DNA of 64,000 nucleotides from Leptogorgia sarmentosa (Eukaryota): NCBI GenBank assembly GCA_964658305.1, contig OZ210885.1, positions 5,642,001 to 5,706,000 of the forward strand, read 5' to 3'. Shown piece by piece: positions 1 to 13,037 of this stretch (position 1 is its first letter; each line of letters starts with the position of its first letter). The notes under the pieces were generated by a model. It saw only the letters and a program-made list of their open reading frames with translations, ran no database searches and was not told where the DNA came from. The position numbers and the translations under genes were made by a program.

Positions 1-2876
1 TCGGTGGATTTTGTCCAGACCAAGCCAATATTCGCCTTTGGGATCACCAAAACCATTTTTGTAATCTGTCCAGTTGCGGTAGAAATCTACACTACCATCA
101 ACACGTCTTTGAATGATCGTCCAACCCCCTCCTGATGTCGTCATATCACATCTTACTCTAAATGCGCCTTTGCCGTCTGGATCAATGGAATAAACACCAT
201 TTGTTGTGTGACCTTTCTGATAAAGATCAGGACAGTCTCTTCCTGAAGTAAAAGAAGACAATTTTATACACTTTCTACCTAGATTTATGATCGCACATTG
301 GCTACCGGTAGGGAAAAACTAATTTTTCCTACCATAATACATTATGGAAAATTTGCATAAATAGTATCGTACGCTATGACACTTGAAAAGAATAAATGCT
401 GCGGAAAGGAAGATGAATTGAAAAAAAAGTGTGTTGGTTATTAATAAATTTTATGCAATGAACTCTGACTTGCTTACTTGAAATTGGGTTTATATTTTTG
501 TAAAGTCAAAATTGTTAAATTCCGAAAATGCCGAAATTTGATGGTGAAATCATACAGTGGTGGTGAAAACAAAATAAGGAAAGAACTGACTTATAAAAGT
601 GGTGAAAATCCTTAAATTTGGTTAAAAATTGTTGTAATGTTTAGAAGATATAGCCTTACTGGCAAATTTTCTCTTTATTGTGTTTTGTAAGGAATTGCTG
701 GCACATTTGGCAACATATTTATAAATATATTGGATTTCGTTTTTTCGCGCGTGTAGATCTGTCTCTACGCATACAATATTGTTATTGTCTACAATGGGAA
801 CTGTCCATTGATCTAAGCAGATAGCTACAGCTTGAAAACTGCTTATGGCAAGATATTGAAAATTTTGCAAATTACCTGGATTTCCATTGGCATCCTTTCT
901 CTTTTCCTCTTCTATTTTTGTCTACATTGGAAAATGATTACAATTTTTTGATGTCTGATTTAATATAATATTAGTGAAATAAAGTAGTTGCCTTTTGTTT
1001 TATATACACATACACAGCTCTGATGGTTTGGAAGAACTTCTCAAGTGCAGTGTGCATTTAGGCCTAGGTCAAACGTCGAATTTTCATGTGCCGAACCTAA
1101 TGTTAACATGACGCTCCAGGGAGCGTTAACTCGCTGGGCATACACAAATAGGGACATATATACATTATACTGTATATCATAGAAATTCGGATTATAATTA
1201 TTCGGTTTTATTATTATGATCGACGTGCACCGGTGGAAAACCCATTAAACACGCTACCACGAATGTGCAGAGTTAGACACAATTCAAAATCCATAGAAAA
1301 CAGGTACAATTTGTTCAAAATTTTCACGAAATTGTTCAAAACACTTTGCCCACTCCATGAAAGAATATATTATTCATTCTGTTTTGAAAAGGGTAAATTT
1401 GGTTTTTAGAGAGCCACATTTTTCACAAACAATCCCAAAGCGCTGTCTCTATTTTAAAGACACAATAACATAAATAATGCGATATCATATTTCGTCGAGT
1501 TTTAATGCCAAATGTTTTTATTTGTATGCCAAATGTGTAGATCTGAATACTAAATGTGTTGATCTGACTGGTTGCAATTGATTTGAATGTGATGTTGAAA
1601 AGCGTTTCAAAAATTATAAGAAATACAGCAATAACTAATCTATCTCCATAAGGATTTCAACCACAGAGTAAACTACTGTAAACATAGTCTTGGCCTCAGT
1701 GGAGACATTGAGAACAAAAAGTAGGACTCGAAACTCTCATCTGAAAGTAGGGGTTCTACAGGTACCAGTTCTCCTGCATCCGCATTTTAAGACATCGCAC
1801 ACATGTCGTCATTTTTGAGGGAAGTGTAAACGCCTGAGCAGGCGTCTTGTTTGCATTAGGTTCAGCGCATGAAAAGTACGACGTTTGACCTCTGCCTTAG
1901 ATTCGGCCACGCGTCTAGTAATACTCCAACTCGTACTCATTTCCATAATATAAATAATATAATATTAAAGTGTTAAATCGAAGGCTTGTTTTGAGTAAAC
2001 TACGTGTCAAATTAGGTGTCCGAACATTGCAATTTAATAAAATTTGTTACTTGAAAATTACCGTTCAGGCCTAAGTATGCATTTATGATATCGCCCTTCA
2101 AGCGATGAAATCGACATACCCTCGCCTCCCGATGAAACCTAGTATATAAACATGGCAGGGCCGTAACTGGAGCGTTGATTGGGGTGTGTATATTCATATA
2201 TTTACGTTCTTCCCATGTTCATGGATGTTCATTTCTTTTCAAAATGATTCAAAAGCGACTTATCAAATTGCCATTCTTGCACCATTGGATTATAGATCGA
2301 TAGCAAAATTGCCTCCATGCTTTATTAATGAACCTGAATATTTTGAAAAGGGTTCACAATTTATTGAAAACTAAACATACCGCTTGTACGTAATGTCGCA
2401 ATGTCCAGTCACCTTTCTTTGCCGTGTTTCTATTTTTTGTGACGTTAGTCAGTTGGCAGTTTTCATCGTTCGTTGCTGTAGTCCTGTAGTTAAATCCCAC
2501 ACATCTCGACTCTTCTTCACACAGAGAATAACATGTTATCTCAGCAGCGATTATTCCAAGTTTATGACTAGATATAATTTCGTTCGGAGGTAATGATGGA
2601 CCCTCTGTGAAATAGTAGAACGATCAGAGTTTAGTACAAGTGAATAGAAGTGTCCTAACCTAAAAATTTCCAATATAAAAAATGTTTTCGCGTTGTTTTA
2701 AAACATTGCACATTATTGAAAGAATTTCTGGTCAACTTAGCAAACGGCAGCAACTATGTATTTTGAGACACAAGAAAAAATCACTAACCTCTTCTGATGG
2801 TTTCGTAATATCGGGAAGAGCAGTCATTCGCTTTCACTGCTCCAATCATCGGCAATAGTAGAATTAAAACGAACAT
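1..2876 (-). CDS. Secreted PAN/Apple + fibrinogen-related domain protein (FReD-1), 3' end outside the window
   Basis: GT-AG exons with consistent phases: 2789-2876 ([16 protein letters not shown], signal peptide), 2381-2604 ([16 protein letters not shown]...NCQL, PAN/Apple-like Cys pattern), 876-921 (linker [15 protein letters not shown]), 1-242 (RDCPDLY...[35 protein letters not shown]...[11 protein letters not shown], FReD). Confidence 0.88.
1061..1896. mobile_element. Non-autonomous DNA transposon (PIF/Harbinger-type MITE) in a FReD-1 intron
   Basis: ~40-bp imperfect TIRs (ggcctaggtcaaacgtcgaattttcatgtgccgaacctaatg / cattaggttcagcgcatgaaaagtacgacgtttgacctctgcc) with TTA on both flanks. 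Confidence 0.65.
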
Positions 2877-3766
2877 ATTTAACGTGTATTCTTGGTAGCG
2901 CAACAGCGTTTAAATGAGAACGTGATGATTCACAGGTGATTCTCACAATAAGTAATGCGTGCATAGACGCAGGACTGGCAGGTGCTTGCAAAGAGCGACA
3001 TGTCGGTAATTTTAAGTGACGTTATAACGTCACTCCTAGCATTTCGTCGTTTAATAACTACGTTATAATTAAACACCATCTTGCCTTTGAGCACAACGTG
3101 CAGCTCACAATCCGTAATCAAACTTCTGACTGAATCATAATATTCACAGACTTAGCTCTTTCTCAAAAACCTTATGAAATCAAGGTCCTGAACGGTGACA
3201 ATGAATAGCCGAATAGACATTCTCATGTTTATAATTATGCCGTAAAACATCTCTTAGTTATGGACCGGATGTAAAATGTTGTTTAAACAACGACTTGAAA
3301 GCACATAAACTAAAATTATTATTGTCAGCAGGACGCCAACTCGAAGACTGAAGTAAAATAAAAGCAATTTTTGACAAAATCTCTCCAGTTTCTGTTGTGT
3401 TCTTATAATATTGTTCAGTTATATTTTTTACCTAATTACAGTCTATTAACAGCGATACCCTTGTAAATCTTGAAATCGCGATTAATTTCAGATTTTTTGG
3501 TGTATACACGATCCCGATTTAATAATTGAGCGTAAAGTATATGGACCACAATCGCTCAAGCTGGAGAAAACAGGTACAGAAGCAAGTTGGGGAGAGCCAA
3601 ACATTTTCCGCAGACTGGAATGATGAAAAAAGTGTTCTAACAAAAAATTTATTGAATCACCTCTGAATTAGATTCAAGCTAATTGTACATGCTGAATTTC
3701 AATGGAAACATCCAAATAGGATATGAAAATCAAAATAATTCATTAAGTTAAGATTTTACATGCATA

Positions 3767-5818
3767 TTAGAATCCAAATGGCCTGAGTTTCATTTCGGTT
3801 TTCTTCAAGGAATAATGGTATCCCTTCCAACCCTTCCAGTTCACGCCATCAGCGCGCGACGTGTGCGAGCCAAGGTGATAAAAGCCATTCAAATTTGAAT
3901 GGTGGCAATGCCTATACCACCAGGCTCCTTTGTAGGTCACAGCGCAATTTTTTCCAATATCCACGTCGTTATCCACATCTTGTGTGCTGAAGGCCATGCC
4001 ACGTTGGTATCCAAAAGAGTCACCAGCCGTTCCTGAAATTGGAGGTTGTAAATAAAATAATAAAAATTAATACTCTCTTCACATCCTCGGTAAAGCCACA
4101 ATCAGAGATTAAATGCTATAAAACGTTTTGTTTAATGTCTAGTTTCTATATAGCAATTCCCGGTAGCTACTTGTTTCAGAACGAACATTAACATATATTG
4201 ACTGTAACGACAGGGCGAAATTTCAATACATAGGTCATTCGATTTATAAAATATTGAATAAAGGAAATGTAAATGGAAGTATGAGTACCGAATGGTTTTC
4301 CGTGCAGAATTGCGTCATCCATGCACGCAGGATGTGGCGAGAGTTTCGGAAAACTTAACTGTCACGAACCGCAGGCAAGTGACTTTCAGCTTTCGGAAAC
4401 TCAAGCCACATCCCAAGTGACGAAGTGAATCGATGACACAATCCTGTATTTATTATATAAATGAGTTTTTTCATCGAAAAATCCGTATTGGAACTGTTAC
4501 TAATTTACATCCATCGGAAAGAGAAACTCGCACTGGAAATCGAAGCAAAGGTTGCAATGAGAAATGGGGCTTTTGGCTTTACTTTTGGCAGTGGAGTCTT
4601 CACTAGAAATCTATCATGGAGCTCACACTGTCAACCATTGTCTCGTATTTGAAACTGTGTTTTGAAACTTTTATTTTTATTTTTTTTGAAACTTTTATTT
4701 GAAACTCATGATTCAAGAAGAATACCTGAATATGTGCCCAAACTCAATTTATATTTGGCATCTTCTGAAGCGATGGCAAAGCTGCTGTATTCAGCGTACG
4801 TTGTGTTTCCTGTTGTGTCCCACAAGTCAAATCGAATAATAACTTTTCCACTGACATTTGTTAGTCGGTTGATTTTGTCCAGACCAAGCCAATATTCGCC
4901 TGTTGGATCACCAAAACCATTTTTGTAATCTGTCCAGTTGCGGTAGAAATCTACACTACCATCAACACGTCTTTGAATGATCGTCCAACTCCCTCCTGAT
5001 GTCGTCATATCACATCTTACTCTAAATGCGCCTTTGCCGTCTGGATCAATGGAATAAACACCATTTGTTGTGTGACCTTTCTTATAAAGATCAGCGCAAT
5101 TCTTTCCTGGAATAGAAAAGACGTTTCAATTCATGCTCAATACAATCGTTAACCCGGTTTACCGATCGAAGGTGTTTTCATTCCAGTAATCACCTACATA
5201 CCATTGTATAATTCGAGAGAATTGTGGTAAGGGGCGTAGCATCAAGGGGCTGTGAGGTGTGCCACAACCCCACACTTCTGGTAAATGCACTTGTAATACA
5301 ACTGTAAATATATGGGACCTTTTGAAGTAGTTTCCCATTTGGGGAAACATAATTGTCGAGGTACTTGAGAGTGTTTGCCCGTTCGGTTACAATGTTGAAC
5401 GTTGAGAAAATAAAAAATATCGCCTTAATCATACCTGTAGCGATGGATCCCACCATTTTACTTGCCATAAATTGAGTTTGGAAATATGCGGTTGAATAAA
5501 TTTCAGAATTGATCTTTGATGGTGCAACAGCTGACGGCTGAATAACAATTGATGTCTTCACTGTACTGAACTCTATATCTTCCGCAAATGACGTCATACC
5601 AGTCACCATGTTGTTGCTAGGAGTGACGGATGATGTTTTCACTCCATTACCTTTCCCACTACTGGAAAAACTTGTGTATGTTCCTCCTCCAACATCATTG
5701 ATGTTTGAAGTGGAGTTTTTAATGCCCGTTGTCACGTTAGCTGTATTTTTACGTGTGCTTGTTGCTTGATCTGCACCGGTGCTGCTCAAACTCAAAACTG
5801 TAGTATTTGAAGCATTCA
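3767..5818 (-). CDS. Ser/Thr-rich stalk + fibrinogen-related domain protein (FReD-2, ficolin/techylectin-like C-terminus); first exon uncertain
   Basis: Phase-1 exons 5435-5818 (VNASNTTVLSLSSTG..., S/T-rich), 4726-5106 (KNCADLY...[14 protein letters not shown]...YKLSLGTYS), 3767-4032 (GTAGDSF...FSTQDVDND...NCAVTYKGAWWYRHCHHSNLNG...KKTEMKLRPFGF, TAA). AATAAA on the minus strand at 3648-3653. The candidate first exon 6485-6584 contains stops. Confidence 0.85.
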
Positions 5819-8800
5819 CTAAGATTGAAAGAAAATGAAATTGAAGCTTTTTTCCATACTCCCAAACTGTAACTTGTTTTTTTTCAGAAACATCATGGTG
5901 CTTATTAAAATTTTAATTTTTTTAAAGACATTCAATCTTCTTTTGAAATAGGAAATGTATAAGGTGTAAAATAGTGAGTAATTGTCTTTGTTAAAGCAAG
6001 AAAGATGGTTTAATGAAAAGCGTTCATTCCAGGGTGGTTCCTATAGGCTTTCAGACTTGGGGGGGGGGGGGGTATAAATGTGCGAGTATTTTCTCTGCAC
6101 AGAATTCTGTCATGCATAACGAAAAAATAACGAAAACCAGTAAATTAAAACTTTCAGGCCAGTTTCAGGTTTAATGTCAGACCAGCTCACTTTACCCTAG
6201 TTTACCCTAAAACGTCGTATGACACAAATACAGACACACGCGTTATACCCATCTTGCCCTGAAGGATATACTGCGTATACCGTGACTGTAAGAACGTCCT
6301 GGACGAATTAAATTTATCTTCTAAGAAGCTCCTATTCGGTCAATTAAAAATTGACTTTAAATATTTAAACAAGACTGACAAAAAACTGGCTATTTGGATA
6401 CTGATCATAGTGTAGCTTTGAAAAATCGGACGTAGCAAATGGAAATTAATTAAGTGGAAATTGAAATTACGTGCCCTGAGTTACCTGTGCAACTGTATAT
6501 GTAATTAGCCAAAGATTACTAAAGAAATCAAGAGCCAAATACCGTGAAGCAAAATGTAATCACTAATACCTTTTATACTGCCATTTGAGACCTTCGTAAA
6601 GCAGCTGTCATTGTACTCCTATATAATATAGAAATCGATAATTTATGCATGGATAGTCTTATCTTTTGTGGTAATCAAATTATAAAGAACTGTTTTTAAA
6701 AATGCTGTTTGACCTAAGCGGGACGAAATTGTTCAGGAAAATTGAGATATCAAGTCTGCAATTTCGCAAGGACGGTCGTTATAATTCCCTTATAGATTAA
6801 TAATTAGATTATTTTACAAAGGATACGTAATTATACATTTTAACTTCAATTGATATATTATTCTACAGCCATGTTGACTCAGGAAACAAACAAACTTTTT
6901 CTTCCAATGCTTTTAAATTCGTACAATGCAAAACAGGGACCGCGGAAGATGTTTTCGAGCGTGGGGTGGAAAGTCTAAATGAACCTACACCCCCCTCTAC
7001 CACCTCGCCTTCAAGGGAGAATAATGAAATGTAGTTTTTGGCCTTTTTCAATACCACTCCTCACTACTAATATAAGTCAGACATTTTGTGAGGACGAAAA
7101 CCATGTGTTGCCCCCAAAAGTGGATTTTTTTGGGAGCGACCGCCCCCACTGGCCCAACCGTTCGGCCGCCTCTGGTGCGAAAAGATGCGAATACTGACTA
7201 TTTTGCTCAATCGTGTCATCTCATATTGCTCATCACAACTGGTTAATTAACTATAATATATTTAAAAAAATGCTAGACATGTCACTTGAAGCTTGTAATT
7301 TGTTTTCACCTTTTGGGGATTATTGAGATAAACATGGTTATAAGAACAATTTGCTTCCAAGTGTTTTTGGGAAACATTGTATACCATGTTATGCAACATT
7401 TCGCAATTTGATTCATTCTGTGAGATGGATGTCTTTTTATAATTGATTGATCGACAGCAAGGCTCTATGACACATTCCACCACACAGGCAAGCCAATCAG
7501 AAACAACTTTCCTCATCACAATTGACACATTCAGTCTGTAACCTAGGAAACATGAATAACGTTACGATTCGCCTGTAGCTACGTTGTGGCATGTTTCTTA
7601 AAACATGATTATTATATTATAATTTAAATTATTTATAAAATAGCGTTTTGAAAATACGGGCGTTCATTGGTCGAAACAAGGCGCTATAGAACAAGTGGGG
7701 GGAAATTAAAGCTATAGCGCCCCTGATGTTTGTGTGATGGGTGGACCCCCCCCGCATACAAAAAAATGCAGCATTTTGAAAACAAACATGGCAGGAAATA
7801 TGGGATGTCTTTTTTGTTTTCGGATACCGCGAAAAAGTCGAAAGCTCGACAAACCAGGATTCAAAAAAACGGGATTCTTCGCGCGGGTTGCCTGGCGAGG
7901 GGTTTGTACTAAAACGAAGTGTGAGTATTTCTACCCAATTTCGAGAACATGATTGCATTTCGTGGTCAGATATTTTGAGATTATTACAGCTTACTTACCC
8001 TCGAGACTCGAATTGAAACAAAAACTCGCAATTTGTTTGGTTCCTTCTTCTTCAGCGACAATTACTGCTCTTAATGCAGATGCAATGAAAAAGATCAACA
8101 AGTGGAACTTTATATGCATCGTTGCTTTGCAGTGATCACCAATTTCCAAGTAACACTAACAGATAGATATTTTCCTAAAAAAAATTATATGAGGGGTAAT
8201 ATTAAAGGATTATTGACCGAATGTGGGGTCTGTGCCGTGAAATATCAGATGCCCAAAGATAAGCCTATTGCGAGCGACATTTGCTCAAACGAGTTTGCGC
8301 AAGCGCACTAGCCACATGGTGTCATTTTACTGAACGCAGCATGGCGACTATCTCGAAGCGATGTCGACCAGAGAAAGGCTTCAAAATTGTAGAGGACGGA
8401 ATAAGTTTAAAACCAGAGAAAGTAGCACACAAACGTTTAAGAAAGGCAGAGAAGTCCTTGTTCCTTCTCATTGTTTTCTTCGTACGCTGCATCAACCGAA
8501 AATATATAAAATACAGTAATCCCAACCAGCAGCCAAAACCTGGTAAACGCTGAAATCGAGATCATTGTGTAACCTTTTCAAACGCGAAATGACGGGATCT
8601 GAATTGCGCGAAAATTTAAAATTTTCCCACTAAAATGACCGCAAGGACCCAGACTTTCTGAATCCGAGTGTACGTTTTAACATTACGCATGGCAAAATGC
8701 GTTTACGGCGCTTTATACGCGAGTCGCAGGCGCATTCACAGTGATTTTTATATAGTAAAGAATGATATATTACGCAACTTTGAGGCAAAAGCGACAGGGC

Positions 8801-11800
8801 TTTTTTTAACATCCAAAAGAAAGACTTACGACAAGAAATAGCGCTATAACCCAAGGAGTCCCAAGCCGAGTGTATAAATTAAGAATGTTTAATATAAACC
8901 GACATAGGCGTACGAGGCGCGGGGCGGGGGGGGGGGGGGGGGGGGGCGGGGGGGGGGCGTGGAGGGCTGCAGCCCCACCAAATTTTGGGAAAGGTTGATT
9001 TTTTTGGGCACTGAAGGAAAATTTGGGCAAGTGTTTGTAGGTTGGCCTATTTTTGTTATTGTATGAAATTCATTTATCGACAATAACCATACGTTGATTC
9101 CCCTCTATTTGATTTACGTTCAGCTTGGGGGTGGGGGAGCAAAAATCCTTGATTCTAGAGTTAGACTCTGAAATGGCCATTTCCGGCGATCTAGAGACCC
9201 TAATGTTCAAAATTTTCTTCTGGGGTGAGGTTCGCCGCCCCCAAATGTTGGAAATGTTCCTACGTCCCTGTGTCACTGTTTTATGAATTAAACCCGAAGT
9301 TCTCGCAACATGCAAGAATCACTTATTTGAAATGCTTTCAGAGTTTGCTCAACTAATGATAAAGTCATACCAGCCGCAGCCTGCAGAACGTTTATTCAGT
9401 GCCCTTCGCCGACCGAAAACATGCATACCTCCGCAACACGATGAGTCAAGCGCGGGTGAAGAGCATCGCATATGCAAACACTGTCATGAATGATGCGATT
9501 GAGCGCATTATTGGCATATTTGGCAGCAGAAAGAGAAGAAACAGTTTCTTTTTTTGAAGCGCGCATTTTAATAGCGCCATTGTATACGTTAATCGCGAAC
9601 GAACGCAATAATTATATATTATAGAACAGTGGAATTCGTATTTAGTTACTTGTTTAAATACATAATATTTTTTGGGCAATGTGGAATTTTTTGGGCAAAT
9701 AGGCTCCCGCCCCCCCAATCCCCCCCCCCTCCCCAGAATTTACCGGTCCCGTACGCCCATGTAAACCGAGAAATGAGGTATTTTAGGGAAAAAAGCCATG
9801 TTTTCATTGCGCGATTGTATTACGCGTGTGACCTGACACCTGATACTTCTGACCTAATGGCATTACATGTTTTGCCATTGGCCGAGGTTTTTCAGTATGG
9901 ACTATGGACCGAGCGACGAAGGAGCGAGGTCAATTCAAAAAAACAGAGGTCTGGTATTTCACAGTACAGACGGAACAAGCGAGGCCAATAATCCATTTAT
10001 TATGTGGCTGTATTGAGTCTTTAAGCGTGCTACAATTTCCACGCGAATTATAATCGGCTATCAATAAGAAAAATTTGTTTATTTGAATTTTTATCTCTAA
10101 ATTTTACATTGGAACATTAAAATGCAAAAATCTTTTCTGTTCGCATAGTGAAATTTGGGAAATTTGCTTAAGTTCTCAATCTTGCTACTAAATCCAAAAG
10201 AATTGGCGTTCTGCTGGAAGTAAGCCTGTTTTGCGGTTGAATGGAAAACTGACCTAACTGTAGGGAGAGCCTCCTTAAATTACATAGTGCAGATGTTCAA
10301 TGCCTTTGAAACGATAGTTTCTGATGATAATTCAGTGTTAGTAAACTTAAAAACAACAGAAATTACGCTCAATTATCTATGAATTATGAATTTGGACTTG
10401 TTATTTATGAATTTGCAAGTTGCAACATGTTCATATAACAGAATTGTAGGTAACTTTTTGACTTGTTTTAAAACGGAATTCGTCAACTAAGATATAAACT
10501 TTTATTCAGCTCACAAAACTGAAGATGAAATTAAACCATCCAGCAGTAACTTCATGAAATATATCACATGCAGCAAAAATATACGTTTGCATGCGAACGA
10601 ACTAGACACAGTTAATATATAATATGTGTTTATTCTTCAATTGCAGGGTATATATACATATACTTATATTTTTATATATATACTTATATTGGGTAAACTA
10701 CAAAAACTACTCATATAGTATGAAAACTTTCATTGTGAACTTCAATCCGTTGGTTGTATAATATAGTATAATATAACTTGTGAGGTGATGCAGTGATGCT
10801 AATTCACACTAAACAACAAGGCGAATGTGAAAAGGCTTGCCGCATATATGGAGAAATTGTGCCAATGAACTTGTAATACACACAGCAGTACATAAACGAG
10901 TTTCATCGCGGTGCACCAGGGCTAGATTTCACTGCTGAAAGTGTACAGAAGCATGCAAACAATATGACTCCATGGCCATCTGGTTATTTGGGGCCGGTTG
11001 TATAAAACTCTAATAACTACGTTTTATAACTATCCGTTTCGTAGTTAAGTTGTAGTTAACCTTTTCGCACGAACAGTTATGCTGGGATAACTTGAAGTCT
11101 TTAACTACGTTTTCATACCAGCGCCCCCGGAGATGGATTGTCGGGTTTTCCAAAGTGGTAAAATACGTGTACGTGCGATCAAAAACTGAACGACGAATGG
11201 CGCTGTTTAGTATTTATAACAGAGGTTTTCTAACAAATTGAGAAGTTTTATTCCAATAACTAACAACATTTAAACGACCTAAAAAGAATGCACTGGGTAA
11301 CACTATAAACTCACCAAAATCATAAAATTGTTATTTCCTCTGCCGCAATTCTCTTCTCCTCAGTATATGAAGCAGGTGCTGTTGTGAGTGATGTTTTATG
11401 AATTCGTGCGTATGCGCATAACAGTAAAATAAATATTTTTGTTTTGCGCTGCCTCTAACATTCAAAGCCATTATTAGACTTTAAAGACTATTACCATCTT
11501 TTACCCAGAGTGCATGAGCTGTAAATTATCGTTTACGGCATAGCTAAAACTCCTAAGTTGTAGAAATTGTATAAAATTAAGACACCCACAGGCACGCGGC
11601 TTTATAATACAATAATAGTATTCTAGTATTAGTATATTATACCACTAAGGGCCCGTTGCACTACACGATCCTGCAACTTACGTTACGATTTTCGGTGCAA
11701 TTCTTTTCTTTTAATTAATGGATGTTCATAGCGAATATGCAGGCAGTTGTGCATGTTCGACCCGGCACCTATCATTGATTGGCAAAATGATTAATTCCTA

Positions 11801-12776
11801 AATATTCCATAAAAAGGATCGAGAAAATACTAGCTATTATATATCATACCTCATCTCATTCAGGTCGTTTGATTGATTAATTATGGTCATATGATGAATG
11901 GAAAGTTCGATTTCCCAAGATTGCAATAGTATTCGTACTGTTGCACTCCGTGTTTTCAGCAACTCCCATCCTTCGAAAAATCCTTGAAATTATTATAGTT
12001 TTTCAATAAACTGTTCTTAAAAGGCAATTAGTTTATTTTGATATTGTATAAAAGAATAATGAATGTTCTTATTCGTGCAATGGTAAGAATATTTTCATTC
12101 GGTGAAAGATGGAATGTTCCAGTTCCAATAGAACAATTTCATCTCAAGAAAATATTACCACTATTATATGCACAGAAAGAACAGTTCCATCAATAATAAC
12201 GGCCTGAATAATTCCTCATATCCAACTCGGCCTCTTTCAATAATTGTTTATTATTATATGGCATTTCAAAATTCTCTATTTTTTTGCTCGAAAAGCATAT
12301 ATGCTCAAAGACTCATTTCAGACAATATAATAAACAAATTATTATATGGCACTAATTGAGTTAATTGAGTTAATTGAGGTGTGTGTGTGCATATTCATAT
12401 ATCCGTGTGCCTATCCTTGCGTGCACAAGTCAGTTGTTTATGTGACATATGGAAAATGGAATTTGAATATTTGATGGATAATTGAATTTTAGGAGACGCT
12501 AGTCTAGCAAAATAACATAATTATTGCAGATTACCATATTACAATATTCGGTAGGAGTTATAAGCAGTGCTGCAGAAGTGGGGGTACGCTGTGGGGTGGA
12601 ACCCCCCCTCTTGAATCTCTGAAGGGGCTGATCCCCCCTTCCACTGACTTTGGAAATTCGATGCTTTAAGATTGAAGAAGAACCAACTACTTTTCCATAA
12701 AGTAGAACCAAAATTACTAAAATGGCGTCTTTAAGATCACTAAAATGGCGTCCTTACGACTTCATAGCTTCACACC

Positions 12777-13037
12777 CCTTACGAAAAATACACATGTAAA
12801 AACCCACATGTGAAACACATGTGGTTCACATGTGGAATTGGAACAATCACATGTGATTCACATATGATTCACATATGATTCACATGTAATTCACAGCTGT
12901 TTCACATGTGGTTTTTACATGTGTTTCACATGTGTTTCACATGTGGGTTTTTACATGTGTTTCAGTTTTCAGTTGGAACAATCACATGTGATTCACATAT
13001 GATTCACATGTGAAACACATGTGTATTTTTCATAAGG
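12777..13037. mobile_element. Palindromic MITE built from CACATGTG/CACATATG repeats
   Basis: TIR ccttacgaaaaatacacatgt / acatgtgtatttttcataagg; the interior is a dense run of cacatgtg-type motifs. Confidence 0.7.

Noticed and set aside
5163..5193. 31-nt AG..GT micro-exon in FReD-2
   Set aside because: Phase-incompatible with the phase-1 donor at 5435; direct splicing to 5106 keeps the frame.
8806..9083. Proline-rich ORFs
   Set aside because: They are translations of a poly-G tract inside a repeat fragment.
12790..13025. CRISPR-like repeat array
   Set aside because: Eukaryotic context, no unique spacers, and the whole unit is a palindrome.
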